Shown here piece after piece: positions 38,701 through 53,700 of a stretch of 64,000 nt of DNA. Under the pieces are notes generated by a model. It worked only from the letters and a program-made list of their open reading frames with translations, did not search any database and was not told where the DNA came from. This DNA is from Methylococcales bacterium. Lineage in GTDB: Bacteria > Pseudomonadota > Gammaproteobacteria > JABHGC01. The position numbers were made by a program, and so were the translations under genes. The stretch lies in contig JABHGC010000099.1 in assembly GCA_018672285.1 (NCBI GenBank), positions 4,734 through 68,733 on the forward strand, given 5' to 3'. The first letter of the stretch is position 1. Each line of letters begins with the position of its first letter.

Positions 38701-41700
38701 TGGTCATGAACATAATCCGTAAAATCGACAAACTCAGGCTGCCATGTTTCACCAGAAGACTGTGCCTGGTACACCTGACAGACTTGCTGCATGTGCAACG
38801 TGCCACCAGCACCATCAATTGATAAATGATGGCCTGCCAATAAACTCACATAATGCTCATCTGCCAACTTAAACAAATAATGACAAATCAATGCATCTTT
38901 AGACACATTAAACGACCGGTAAACTTCAGCATTGATGTAGTTTAAAAATTCTGAATGACTCAGTTTCATAGCGGATAGATCACGATAATCTAAAGCCACT
39001 TTTTTGGTTTTTGCGACCGCTAGATAGGCCATATCTAAATACGGCTTATCCGCAGGGACAACATCAGTCCGCAGTACTGAGTGCACATTGGTCACAACTT
39101 GCAATGCTTGCGCCCATTGATCAGGGTCAATATCCGTTCGCATCTCAAAACTACAGCCGAGACTATTATCCAACGTATCAGCATGCACATGGCTATGCAT
39201 ATACAAATCACGCTGAGTCGACGTTAACGGGACAATATACTCGTAGTCCTCAGGATTGAGTGACAGCGCAAGGTACATTTGGTGGTCAGGAAATAAAGCA
39301 TAACTCGACAACGCTTGATCCGGCAATGACACCATTTGCCCGAGTAAATATTCAAAGTGCCGTGAAAATTGCTCGATAGTGGATTGGTCAAACAAATCGG
39401 TATTGTATTCAATATTTCCGACTAAATTGTCGCCATGAGGAGAGTCATGCAACATTAAAATCAAATCGTATTTAGCCGTATCGGTTGTTATTTCATAAGA
39501 ATCAACCGATAACGCCTCTAATGTCATATTGGTCGATGGCATGTTCTGTAATGCAAAACCAACTTGCGCGATCGGTGGGTAACTTAAATTTCTCTCAGGC
39601 TGCACCGCATCCACTAATGCTTCAAATGGCAAATATTGATGTGCAAAACCACCCACCACCGCTTCTCTGGTTTGCTGTAGCAATTGCTGACCGGTCAAGT
39701 TACCGCTTAACTGACCCCGAAAGACCAAGGCATTGACAAAATATCCAAGCATGCGTTCTGTTTGTGCAGATTCCCTACCCGCAATTGGCGAGCCGACGAC
39801 AATATCGTCCTGTCCACTATACCGAGACAGCAATAACTGATATGTCCCTAATAACAGCATAAACAACGTTGATTGATTGTCTGATGCGTATTTTTTAGCC
39901 GCATTCGTCACTTCACCATCAATGGTAAAGGATAACGTTCGGCCATTGGTTGTTTGCACAGCAGGTCTTGGCCGATCTGTTGGTAATGAAAGCACCGCAG
40001 GAATGCCCTTAAGCTGGGAGACCCAATAAGCGAGTTGCTCTTCTAAAACGTCACCTTGTAAGTACCCTCTTTGCCAATGTGCAAAGTCTGCATACTGAGT
40101 ATGTACCGGTTGTAGCAGTGTACCTTTACCTGAATCATGGCTTTGATACAGCACCATTAACTCTTCATTAAAGATGCTATTCGACCAACCATCAAAAATA
40201 ATGTGATGAATATTCACACAAAGGATGTGCAACTCTTCTGACAAAGCCACACACATGACCCTAACAAGATCATCATACTCTAGATTGAACGGGGTCAGAG
40301 AGAACTCAGAGATCAAGGCATCCACATCACTACCCGAATCTTCAGCAGGTGACTCTATCGACACCCAATTGATGCCCAAAGAGGATTTTGGCATGATTTC
40401 TATGGCAGCCGAACCCACTCCCGAGACAATTTTAGCGCGTAATATTTCATGACGAGCCAACATATCATTCAGCGCAGCTTGCAGTGCAACACGATTCAAT
40501 GGGCCCTTTAGCTGGATGGCTGACGGGATGTTATAAGCTGGACTTTCAGGTTGTAATTGGTACAACAACCATAACCGCTCTTGAGCGAAAGTCAGCGGTA
40601 TGGTATTGGCTCGGTCAATGGCTACGATTTGTTGTTCATTAGGCTTTATTTGCTGTAATAACCGGGCAATCTTTTCAATGCTAGTGTGGGCAAATATATC
40701 TTTTAAAGCAATCGACAAGCCCATCTGCTGATCAATTTTCGTGATCAACTTTATTGCAAGCAGTGAGTGCCCTCCGAGCGCAAAAAAGTCATCTAATACA
40801 CCAAATTCTTGCGTAGGTAGCAGTGTTTGCCATATTTCAAATAAAGCCGTTTCCCAGTAATCCCTTGGTGGCACGAGCGCCACAGGCGTGTTTAGGTCAC
40901 CACTTTGTGACAGTTTTATTGCTAACGCTTTTTGCTGCTCAATAGAAGCCTGACACGCATCAACAGAGAGCAATGTTAGCTTTTCAACTAAGACCCCAGG
41001 CGACTCAACAGCCAAAGTTAATAACTGGATATAATGCTCAGCCATAGCAGAAATACTGGTCGAAGAAAACCGAGTGACATCAAACTCCAACGCCCCAGCA
41101 ATGCCTGAATCTACCTTCTCTAAGGTAATACTGACATCATATTTAGCGGTATTATGCGCCAATGCATACGATTCAACATCAAGGTTTGAAAAACCATCAG
41201 AAAAATCAATATCGGACTGATTTTGAAAGGTAAACAGCGTTTGAAAAATAGGTGGTTGCATTGTGTTTCGCACAATATTTAGCGCGTCAACAATTTGCTC
41301 AAATGGGATCACTTGATGAGTAAAGGCATTCAACAAGTCATGTTTAAAAGCCATCAAATATTGATCAAAGCTCAGCTCAGCGGCAACATTAGATCGAATA
41401 ACAACCGTGTTCACAAAAAACCCTATTAATGGCTGAACTTCATGCCACTGCCTGCCTGCAACAGGTGTCCCTACACAGACGTCATGCTGAGATGAGTACC
41501 TGTGCATCAACAAACAATAACCACTCATCAAGATCATATAGAGCGTCACGCCTCGAGCTTTTGCCATTTTCTCAAGCTCGACCACCAATTCATCAGGCAA
41601 TGTAAAGTGGTACAAATCACCACGACGCTCAACACCAGGTTCAGGTTCATGATCAAATGGAAGAGACAGCACCACAGGGTCAGCCAAATACTTCAACCAG

Positions 41701-44700
41701 TAATCATAATGCTGTTGAAACTCATCATCGCCCTCTAGCAATCGCTGCCAAACAGCATAATCACCATACTGTATGGGCATTGAGTCTATCGATACAGGTT
41801 GATGCTGTGTATAACTCTTATAAAAGGCGGAAAGCTCTTTAAACAAGGTCCCCATTGACCAGCCATCGGAAATAATATGGTGCATATTCAAATATAAAAT
41901 ATGCTTAGCATCATGGCACTTTATTAAACTGCATTGAAATAACGGCCCTCTCAAGAAATTGAAGGGCTGACCTTGTAATTCAGATAAATAATTGGCTAAC
42001 AGGCGTGATTGCTCTGCTTCTGAAGCATCAGAAATATCAAACGTTTCAACCGTCAGCTCCAAATCGCCCAATAAAATCCACTCCGGATCTTCCGACTGAT
42101 CATTCACGATTGACCGTAATATTTCATGACGACTCACAACAGAACTGAGTGCTGCTTGTAACGCTGCAATATCTAGCTCGCCTTTTAACGTCACAGCAAC
42201 AGGAATATGGTACGCCGTACTATCTGGCTCTAATTTTTGTAAAAACCAAAGCCTTTCTTGAGAAAAAGACAGCGGCACACTACTGCCAGGCTCTCTCTGC
42301 TGAATATTCACAAGACCACTTGCCGAGCTTGATTCACCTTTTAATGTGGCAATAGCTTGACAGAATGTTTGCAACGTTGGCTGATCAAAAATCAGCCTGA
42401 CTGGCAACTCAATCTGGTACACTTTCCTAACATAGGAAATTACTTGGGTTGCTAACAAAGAGTGCCCACCTAAATCAAAAAAGTGGTCTTCTAAATAGAC
42501 TTGCTCTAGTGATAATAAATTCTTCCAAAGCCCCGCTATATCTAACTCAATATCTGTACTTGCAGGTGTTTTCGACGCTCTTTGTGTGGTTGGCTCAGGT
42601 AAAGATTGGCGATCTATCTTCCCGTTCGCCGTTAATGGAAACGCCGCCAGAGACACAATAACACTCGGCAACATATAATCTGCTAAGTCGACTGCCATCG
42701 ATTCAGCAACCGCCTGAACATCATTATTACCTGTGATATATAAAACAATTCGTTCATCACGAATTTGAGCTAACGCTTCTGTCACTTTATCGCATTGTCT
42801 TGCGATCGATTCAATCTCACCTAACTCAATACGCAAACCACGTAATTTGACTTGATGATCCGTCCGTCCATCATAAATAAGGTTATAATCCTCATCATAA
42901 TGTACAAGGTCCCCCGTTTTATACAGTGGCACAACGCGCCCATCCGGGAAAGACACATTAACAAAGGACTCAGCAGTCTTAACCGCATCAAACACATAAC
43001 CTTCACTTAAGCCAGAGCCACCAATATACAGCTCCCCTTGAAGACTAGGTACAGTCAGTTTTCGGTTAGAATCGAGTACATATAACTGCACATTGTCATT
43101 CGCTTTACCTATCGGTATTTCTTGTTCTAAACCGTGATCACTTTTAACACGATAAAAAGCGGCTATATCTGTACATTCAGTCGGCCCATAACTGTTAATC
43201 AGTTCTGCAGATTGATACTGTAACCAGGGCTGTAATCTGGCATATTCAATACGCTCCCCGCCCAATACAACCGTCGTCAAGCTGGCTAGATTGGACCAGT
43301 ATCTTTGTATCTCTGCGACCGCATAAAAAGCACTAGGCGCGCAGTTAATTAAAGTCACCGAATGCATTGATATGGCAGAAACAATATCATCAACGTCGTA
43401 TCGACTGCTCACAGGAAAAACAATCGTGCCGCCCTGCCATAATAAAGAAAAAATATTCTTCTGCGTTAAGTCGAAACCCATTGCACTGATAATAATCGCT
43501 GATGAGGATGCGGTTATCTTCATTTCCGAGCAATACCAGCTAAGCAAGTTCAATGCTTGCCGGTGACGAACAGCAACCCCTTTTGGCTGGCCTGTAGAGC
43601 CGGAGGTGTAAATCATATACAGGCGATCAGATTCAGACACCTGAACAATAGGTAAAGCATCGATGTGATGGGTGTAATCAGCGTCGACATCAACCCACAG
43701 TGCACCCCCTAATTTTTTAGACAATGTGGTGTTGGTCATTACCACGGCTATATTTGCGTCATTTAAAATATAGCGAATACGCTGATCGGGGTAATCTTGA
43801 TCCAACGGTACATAGTGAGCCCCTACCTTTAATATCGTGACAATAGAGACGACAAAATTAAGGCCTTTCGGCAGCACAATCGCAACCGCTTGACCAGGCT
43901 TAACACCTTGAGTCAATAACTCACCAGCCAACTGATTAGTACGAGTCTCTAAGGCTTGATAGCTTAGAGAGTCTCGCCCTTGCTTAATGGCGATTTGCTC
44001 AGGATTTTCAGTTGCCGCTTTTAAATACGGTGCAAGCACAGAACCGGATGTATTGGCATGAGGCTGATGAGACTGCTCAAAAGTTGCCATCACTTGCTGT
44101 GCTTCATGGGCATTTAAAAAGCAATATTCAGAAATCATCGCTTCTTGCGTTAGCAACGTTGCTAAAAGCTGTTCAACCCTCTGTAGAAAATCGACTTCAG
44201 TGAACACTGATGCATCATAATTCAAATGTAAAGTCAGACCACCCGGTGTTTCTTTTGGCACAAAATGAATTTCACCAGGGCGTGGCATAGCGGCATTAAT
44301 TTCAATGGATGCTTTCTGACCCGAGATATCAATCGCGCTAGGCATATTGAAATAGTTATAAATAAAATTCAGATCAGATGGATCAAACAATTGTGAATAT
44401 AAATTATTTGAGATAAAACGGGTATCAGAAACGCTTTGTTTGAACTGATAGAAATGTTTAATTAAATCAAAAATCACACTCTCTTTGGTGAATAATTCAG
44501 CGGTATACACTACCGGTAATCGTACGTAGAAGCAGCCAATACTGCGTAAATTTTTACGCGTTCGCTCACCTAAAATATCACTCACAACAAATGGGTGATC
44601 CACACGTTGATAGTGCTGCAATAGCATGACATAACACGCTCTCAATATTGCAGGAATACCAATTCTATGGACTTGAGAAAAAGCAGTTAAATCTGTAAAA

Positions 44701-47700
44701 AGTGCACTGGGCAATGGCCGCTGTATAGAACGGATATCGGTATCACCCTTTTTCCGTCCAAGTTGAAAACCTTCACAATCATGACCATAAGAAGCCCACG
44801 TTTGATACACTTGCTCGGTATCATACAGTTGACGAATATCTTGCGTGTCTTCAAAGCAATTTCTGACGTCAAATTTTGGCACCTCATTGCTTGCAAGCGC
44901 GTTATAAATACGAGAGAAGTAGTTAACATAGAGTGACTCAGAAAAACCATCCATTAATATGTGGTGCACCGCAAATATAAATAATGAGCGCCCATCTTCT
45001 AGCAGAATCAGCTTATGCTTTAGTAATGAATGCTGAATAATTTGATAGGGTTGATAAACAAAATCATCCACTAAGGCTTTAATTTGGGCCTCTGATACCG
45101 CTTCAGAGCGCGTTTCAATCTCAAGTGACACCGTTTTTTGGTGACGGATGGCAAAGTACGCAGGTTGTAAATAAGGCTCTGTTGAAGCGATAACATCTGC
45201 ACGAAGAACCTCAGTATTATCTTGAATCCATTGCAAGGCATCGCGTGCTAAAGATGGATCTAGCTTTTCATTCACCACAAACGATACACCAATACTGCTT
45301 GAAAGCGTATCAGGATCTAATTCACATTCAATATACAAATCTCTCTGTACAGGTGTTAACCTTTTTATACCTGAATAAGCCTTAAAATCAATTTGTAAAC
45401 AGTGGCCAAGTTGCACTTCATCAAGCATGTGTGCAGCATGGATATGTTGCTGCGGCGCCGTGATCAAACTGAGCAAGATTGCTTGATAGTTTGCAGCAAG
45501 ATCCTGTATTGTTTTATGAGAAAAAATATCCGTTTGATACTCTATAATCCCCTCAAGACCACTGTCTTTCTCCACCATCACTAACATCAGGTTTAACTTA
45601 GCAAAGATGACAGGCATCTCTATCTGCTCAAGTGACTGACCATCTAACTCAGCATGAATGTCACCCATCATTTTAGACTGCAAGCTGAATGCAGTTTGAA
45701 ACAACGGACTTTCAGTGGTGCTTCGATCGATACCAATATGGTCGACAATTTTTTCAAAGGGCGTATCTTGATGCTCAAATGCCGTCAAGGTGTTTTGTGT
45801 CACCCTTTTGACAAAATCAATAAAACTTGGGTTGTCACCCGATTGATTACGCAAAGGCAATGTATTCACAAAGCAACCGAGTACCGAAGACCACTTTTCA
45901 CGACCTCTTCCTGAGACCGCAGTACCAATGCAAATGTCTTGCTGTTTGGTATAACGCGTTAATAACACATGATAGGCCGCAAGCATGACCATAAACGTGG
46001 TTGAATTGACGTTTGCCACGAAGGTGGCTAATTTTTCTTGCGTCTCTTTCGCCAATGTAAAGGTAACTGCCCCCCCCTTAAACGTCGGATCTTTAGGCGC
46101 CTTATAATCTACCGGCATTGCTAAATTAGAGACATTTCTCAGGTGATTTTTCCAATAGCCTAATTGTTGCTGCAAGACCTCATCAGACAACCATTGTCTC
46201 TGCCACACCGTGAAATCGAGGTAATCATATTCTTTTGCTTTAAATAAAGGGGCTTGTCCTGCTTTTCTGGCGTGATAGGCAATTTGAAAATCTTCCAATA
46301 AGACATTAACCGACCAACCATCCATAATGGCATGATGAAAATTGAAGATAACCACCATCTCGTCATCAGAGTGCTTGAGCAATTTAACCCGCCACAATTT
46401 TTCCTCTGTTAGTGCAATCGGTTTCTTAACTTCTTGGGCAACGTAGTCTTGGACTTTTCGGTTAAACTCAGCATCATTGAGTGCGGCGTAATTTTCTACG
46501 ACAAATTCTTCTGGATCATACGCTGATACAACCTGAAATGGCGTATTGCTGTTACGCTCTTGAATGCGAGTTCGTAATACTTCATGACGTCTTACTAAAT
46601 CATTAATCGCCTGCCTAAGTACGGTTAACGTCAAATTCGATGTAATTTTAAACGCAAATGGAATGTTGTATACAGCCGTATCTGGTGCAAATTTTTCGAC
46701 AAACCAAAACCGTTGCTGAGCATAGGAGAGAGGCTGATTTATTGTCCGTTCAACTGAGACGACATCAGGGAAAACTGCCTGTTGATTGTCTTGCTGACAT
46801 TTACGAATATGCCCCGCTAAGGCGGATAACACAGGGTAGTCAAAAATAGTTTTCAACGATAACGTGAGATGTAACGTTGCCTCAATCCGGCCGACCAATA
46901 CCGTCACTAACAGTGAATGACCACCTAACTCAAAGAAATTATTTCCTCGACCGACCTCATCGACGAGTAAGATGTCCTTCCAGATAGCGGCTAATAATTT
47001 TTCCTCTTGTGTATCTGGCAAATCAATCACTTGATCTAACTTCACTGCCTCAGGTTCAGGTAATGCGCTACGATCAATTTTTCCATTCGCGGTAACAGGC
47101 AACATATCTAGTGCTACAAACGCCGCAGGAACCATATAATCAGGCAAACGTTTCTTTAAAAAGTCGGGTAAGACCATACGAGGGGATTCTAATCCGACAA
47201 CGTAAGCGACCAACCTATCAGGCATGCCCTTGCTTTGATTCAATAGGACAATAGACTCTTTAACACCTGAATAATCCAATATTGCAGACTGAATTTCTCC
47301 AAGCTCAATACGATAGCCTCGTAATTTAACCTGAAAATCTGTACGGCCTAAACACTCTATACGTCCATTATGCTGAAACCGGCCAAGATCACCTGTTTTG
47401 TACAGCCGCTGAACGCCCTGACCTTCAATATCTACATCAATAAAAGATGACTCTGATAACTGAGGTAAATTTTTATAGCCCCGCCCCACTAATGTACCAG
47501 ACACACATATTTCACCCACAACCCCTGCAGGAACCAGCTGGTTGTGAACACTTAAAATATAAATTTTAGCATTGCGTATTGGCTGACCAATATCAGGTAT
47601 GCCTAAGTCACCATGGCTTGTCACTAGTGAGTGCGTTGATACAACGGCACACTCTGAAGGCCCATATAAATTAACCAGCTCAAAAGGCAATGTCTCAGGA

Positions 47701-50700
47701 ACGTAACGGTGCAGCTTATCTCCACCAACACCCAATACTCTCAAACTGAGACTGTCAGGCCAAGGTAAATCCAGCGCGACTTCTAACATGGGCGTTGGCA
47801 TGAAACCCGCGGTAATTTTACATTCATTGAACCACTGAATGGCTAATTCAGTATTATGTCTGACATTATCATCAGCTAAATGCAAACAACCACCAGATGT
47901 TAATCCGACCCAAATTTCCCAAACTGACGCATCAAAACTCAACCCCGCAAATGACGTCAGCTGATCATCAGATGTAATTTCATAACAACTTTGATACCAT
48001 TCAACCAAATTGATAAGAGAGTGGTGCTCTATTTGCACACCTTTAGGCTGCCCTGTAGAACCTGAAGTATAAATAATATACGCTAACTGATTACCATCAA
48101 TAGGCGGCAAGCTAAGCACAGGAAACGCACTGATTGCCCGCAATTTTTGATCAAGATACAAGCATAAATCAAGATCAATTTTTTCTTCTAAATGCAAATA
48201 TGAATGCGATACAACGACTTTTGTCCCAACATCGTTAGCAATATAAGCAAGACGTTCTAAAGGGGTATTGGTATCCACAGGAACATAACACCCCCCTGCT
48301 TTTAACACCCCTAAATACACAACCATCAAGTCAAATGAACGCGGTAAAAAGACAACAACCGGGTCTTCACGCTTAATACCTTGAGCAATTAAATAATATG
48401 CCAGCTGATTTGATTGCTGCTCGAGTTGGTCGTACCGAAGGTATTGACCATTAAACTCTAAAGCAGGGCTTTGACCTGCTGCTTGAATAACTGCTTGCAT
48501 TAAGGTGATAACGGAAGAGTGTTGTACAGGCCGCTCTGTCGCATTCCAGCTTGATAACTGTTTATAATCTTCGCTTGTGAGTAAATTCAAGGTCTGAATA
48601 TTCGCCGTCGGCTGATTCATCACCTGCTCTAACACGCCTTTATAATGACGAGAAAACTGATGTATTGTCTGCTCAGAAAACAAACCATCATCATATTCAA
48701 ACGCACACTCTAACGTGCTCCCTTTCTGGCTCACGATTAAACTGATTTCAAATTTTGCTGTTGTCACATCAAGCTCAACCGGCTCAACAGTTAATTGATC
48801 AAAAGCGCTATCGAACTTAATATCACTATTATTCTGATAAGAGAAGAACACTTGAAACAAGGGCGAATGGTGACTATCTCTAGCAACAGACAGCCTATCC
48901 ACTAACTGCTCAAAAGGGACATCTTGGTTTTCATAAGCGTCTAGACTGATCTTTTTTATTTTTTGCAACAGATGAATAAAGGAGTCGTCTTCAGCACACG
49001 TTGCCCTCATGACTAAGGTATTAACAAATAATCCAATGAGTGGTTCTAGTAACTGGTGATGCCTGCCTGCAATCGGCGTCCCAACACAAATATCATCTTG
49101 ACCAGAATAGCGACTGAGCAAAACCATATACGCTGATAACATCAACATAAATGGGGTCACTTTATGGCTCTCAGAAAACTGATTCAACCTTTTTGCCAAG
49201 TTCGAATCCAGTGTCATCAGTCGCGTTTTTCCGGATACGGATACGTCTCTAGAGCGCGAAAAATCGGTAGGTAAAGAGATAACGGGGGTATTATTTAACT
49301 GCTTTTGCCAATATTGGTATTGCTGTTCAACGGCTTCAGCCTCTAAGCCTGAGCGCTGCCATGCAGCATAATCAACATATTGAATGGCGAGAGGAGAACT
49401 TGGCAAGCTGACTTTTTGAACTATCGCATTATAAAAATCAGATAACTCTGAAAATAAAACACCCAGTGACCAACCATCAGAAATAATATGGTGCATACAC
49501 ACATACAAATACGTTGAGTCAGTTCCCCGTACAATATGTGTCAACCATAATGGCCCTTGGCTTAACTCAAAGTGATAATTGAGGCACTGCTCAGCAATTT
49601 TGCCGTTTGCAACATCAAACCTTTGCTCATCATAAGCTGAATAGTCATGTACAAAAATAGCGGGTTTGTCATTACGGCCCAGAATTTGCCGCAGCTGACC
49701 TTCCACCTTGCCTATGACTGAGCGTAATACCTCATGTTTTTCAGCAACATACTCAATGGCAGACACTAAAGCTTGAATATCAACAACGCCTGTCAGCTTT
49801 AAACCAACAGGGATGTTATACAACGTACTTGACTCAGTATATTGGTGTAAAAACCAAATTCTTTCTTGTGCAGATGACAACGGCAAAGCAGCATCACGAG
49901 GAATAACAGGAATGTTTGCTTCAGATTGTCCTTGCCCCCCTTTTGGCAACGCTAATACAAAGTCAGACAGCACCGTATGTTCAAATGCAAATGAGACGGG
50001 CACTTTAATATTCAGGTTTGTATTTAGCCTAGAAATTAATTTCGTCGCTAACAACGAGTGGCCACCAAGCAAGAAAAAATCATCTTCTAAATAAACGACC
50101 TCTCGCTGGAGTAAATTTTGCCATATCTCAGCAATAGACACCGCCATTGGGTCACTCGGCAGTGTTTGGATAACATCAACACTTTTTATTGACTCACCAG
50201 CTAGGGCTTTACGGTCAATTTTACCATTGGGAGTCAGTGGGAATGCCTCTAAAAAGCATAACTGAGCAGGCACCATATAGCTCGGTAACGATAATTTTAA
50301 GGCGGCCTTAACAGTCACCTGATCACCAGCCCCTGTGACAAAGGCGTGTAACTGCTCATCTTTCACAAGTGCGATGGCATCTTTAATACCCGGGATTACT
50401 TTAATCGCCGATTCTATTTCACCTAGCTCAATCCTAAACCCACGGAGTTTGATTTGGTGATCGCTACGGCCAACATACACCAACTCGCCTTCCTGCATGA
50501 CCACAAGATCGCCGGTTTTATAGGCAGTGGTCTGCTCTTGATTAGCAATAGACAATGTCAAAAACTGAGCTTTGGTTTTCTCAGCATCTAATAGATACCC
50601 TTGGCTAACTCCTGCGCCTGCAATGTACAGCTCACCAACCACACCAGGCACACATTGTTTACGCTCGGCATCGAGCACAAAAAGCTGAACATTGTCATTG

Positions 50701-53700
50701 GCATGGCCAATCGGCAGTGGATATGGCTTATCATAAACCCCATCTGTGATTTTATAATACGCGGCAATATCCGTACATTCTGTTGGCCCATAACTGTTAA
50801 TCAAGCTTGATTTATTGTGTGATAACCAATCAGAAATAGCAGTAAGTTCTATTGGTTCCCCCCCTAACACCACTGTTTTTAAGGAAGCTAAGGCACTCCA
50901 ATTCGCACGATTTTCAACCAATGGATAAAAGGCACTTGGCGCACAATTGATATAACTGATTTGTAAACGTTCAACCGTCTCAACAATGTGATCCACGTCG
51001 TAATAATCAGACTCAGGGAAAACTACCGTGCCACCTGACCACAAATTAACAAACAAATTCTTTTGCGTTAAATCAAAGCCCAATGCACTGATAATCAATG
51101 TTTTTGATGTTGCAGACGTACTCAGCGTTTTCTGGTACCAAGATAATAGATTAATCACGCTTTTCTGGGTAACGGCAACCCCTTTAGGTTGGCCTGTAGA
51201 ACCCGATGTATAAATAATATACGCCAGCTGTTCAGGTTCAATAGTCACATGGGGTGCTTCATGACCAAAGCCATCCAAACAACCGGCTTGTCTTAAATCT
51301 AGCTGGCACACGATATTTGCGTCTATGCCTGCGTGAATAAGAAATTTCACTTCAGCATTATCTAAAATATATTCAATTCTATTTTCGGGATAGCTTGGAT
51401 CAATAGGCACATAGCACCCACCTGCTTTTAAAATCGCAATCTGAGCCACGCTAAAATCAACAGATTTTGACAAGCCAATAGCAACAGGCTGATTGGTCTT
51501 CAAGCCATTGTCTAATAAGTAGTTTGCAATTTTATTAGAACGCTCATCAAGTTCTCTATAGCTTACCTGAGTATCTCCTTGAACCAAGGCAATGGCATCA
51601 GGTGTCGCTTTAACGTGTTGCAATAAAGGTGCTAGCAAACGGGGGATTTCTTGCTGTGACACGGCAGAGGATTCACGCAACTGCTGCAGATCTGCCTCTT
51701 CATTCGGCATTAAATACGATAAATCAGATATCATCTCTGCTTTATGGCAGATTTGATGAACTAAGTGAATATAACGATCAATAAAAGACAGGTCATCGAA
51801 TACGGCCACATCGTAGTTAATCATTAACTCTATGCTGTCGCCTCTAACCTGAGGAACAAAATGAACCTCTCCAGGTCTTGCATGTGCAGGGAAAATATTA
51901 ATAGGATATTGTTCTGCACCTATATCAACACTACTTTTAAAATTAAAAAAATTGAATATATAAGTTGATCTACCTGTATTGATATTGTCTTTAATAAATT
52001 CTGTCGTAACATTCCGGACCAATTTATCATGTGCTTCAGAATAGCCAACATGATTAAAGTATTCAATGCACGTCAAGTCACCAGAAAAGTCTTTGGCAGC
52101 GTAATATTTAGGCTCTGCACTAAAAAAACAACCGAGTACAGCCTTATTATCCTCATTTCTTTGGGCATTGATATTCAGAACCACAAAATCTTTTTCCGCG
52201 CGACAATAATGGCTCAATAATAAAACATAAATCCCCCGCAGAAAACGTGCTACTGGAATCGAATTTTCATTACAATATTGCTGTATTTCTTTATTTTGAC
52301 TGACTGTCATCAACCGGTTTTGATTCACGATTCTTGACGAATCACTGATTAATTTTTTAAAGTCTAACGGCTCAATATCTTCACGTTTTTTCTGCCAAAA
52401 TTGATAAGCTTGTGCTTGATCAAACTGGCCCCGCAACTCGGGCACAAAAGATGAAAATGGTTTCACGCTTTCTTGCTCAGGGTCATCTGATGTTGAGCAA
52501 TGATATTGCTGCATAACCGCATTCAAATACAGTGACTCTGAAAAGCCATCCATCATCACATGATGCATTGCAACGATTAAAACGCACTTACTCGGGGTAC
52601 TGACTAATTTATGTCTAATCAGTGGGTGCCGCTCTAAGATATAAGGCTGATTGATAAAGGCCTGTGTAAGAGAGGATAACTGAGTATCATCAGTGATTGT
52701 TTGTGCTTCAAAAAAGGTATTTTTTTGCTTTTTAACCGCAAAATAGACATTTTTCATATCTCCTTGCAGTAGCGTTTTGACCTCAGACCTTAGCAGGTCA
52801 TTCGCGTCCGAAACCTGTTGCACTGCGTATTTAAGCCTTGCAACATCGATATTTTTTGGTAATTCAATCGCACAACCAATACTACTGGATATTTCATTTG
52901 GATTTATCTCAGCCGACAAAAACAATGAATGCTGTACCGGGCTCATTGCAAAGGCACTTAAATACGTTTCGTTTGATAAACCGAGTAACAACAACGCGTC
53001 TGCTTTTGGCAGCCAATCGATGGCACTCACAGGCGCAGAGCTGTTATCAAGAAAATATTCAATTAACCCTGTCAATGCATTTAGCAACGCCGTCAGGTTT
53101 TTAGGTGATATCACTCCCAATTGAACTTTTAAGGTCAGCTCATAAGCATTACCCGAGGTATTAGCCAACATGACAATTTTTGCGTTATGGCTTAACTCAT
53201 CACACCTTGCGCCCTGAATGCTTTGAAAATGAAAATCATCATGCTTTAGCGGACACCCTTTAAGCGCAGGCTTTACAATCAAATCTTGTAATTCAGGGTT
53301 ATTGGCTAAATCACTTTGGTATAGCTGAACAAAAGAAAATGCATTCAACGCTAGATCATAATTTTTCTGAGCGGTTATTAGATCTGCTGCAGTCCATGTG
53401 ATTGACTCAACATGCTGCCACTGCGTCAAAAGCAATGGAAACAACGATTGTAATACGGCGTCTTTGGTTAGCTCATGACGGTGACAAAATTCTGCCAACC
53501 GTGAACACAGTGCCTTGTCCACTGAGAGACTTGCTTCAGAAAACTCATTCGAATCAACCTGCGCGGGCAATGTATAAAGGATCTCATCTGTCACAATGTC
53601 ATGGAGACAATTCTTCTGAGCATGGTCAAATAAACGGTATTGATTACCAGAAAAGTGAATAACTGCCTTTCCAAGGCGTGAAATAGGTTGCTCTTGATGA

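Noticed and set aside
45453-46760. Reading the first domain of each C-C' pair as an epimerisation domain (canonical PCP-E-C order)
   Set aside because: C4 carries the full set of condensation motifs (SYAQQRFWF, RHEVLRTR, HHAIMDGWS, GCFVNTLPLR, HQDTPFE). The E-like motifs are in the second (C') domain, which precedes the A domain. The simple E-C explanation therefore does not fit.
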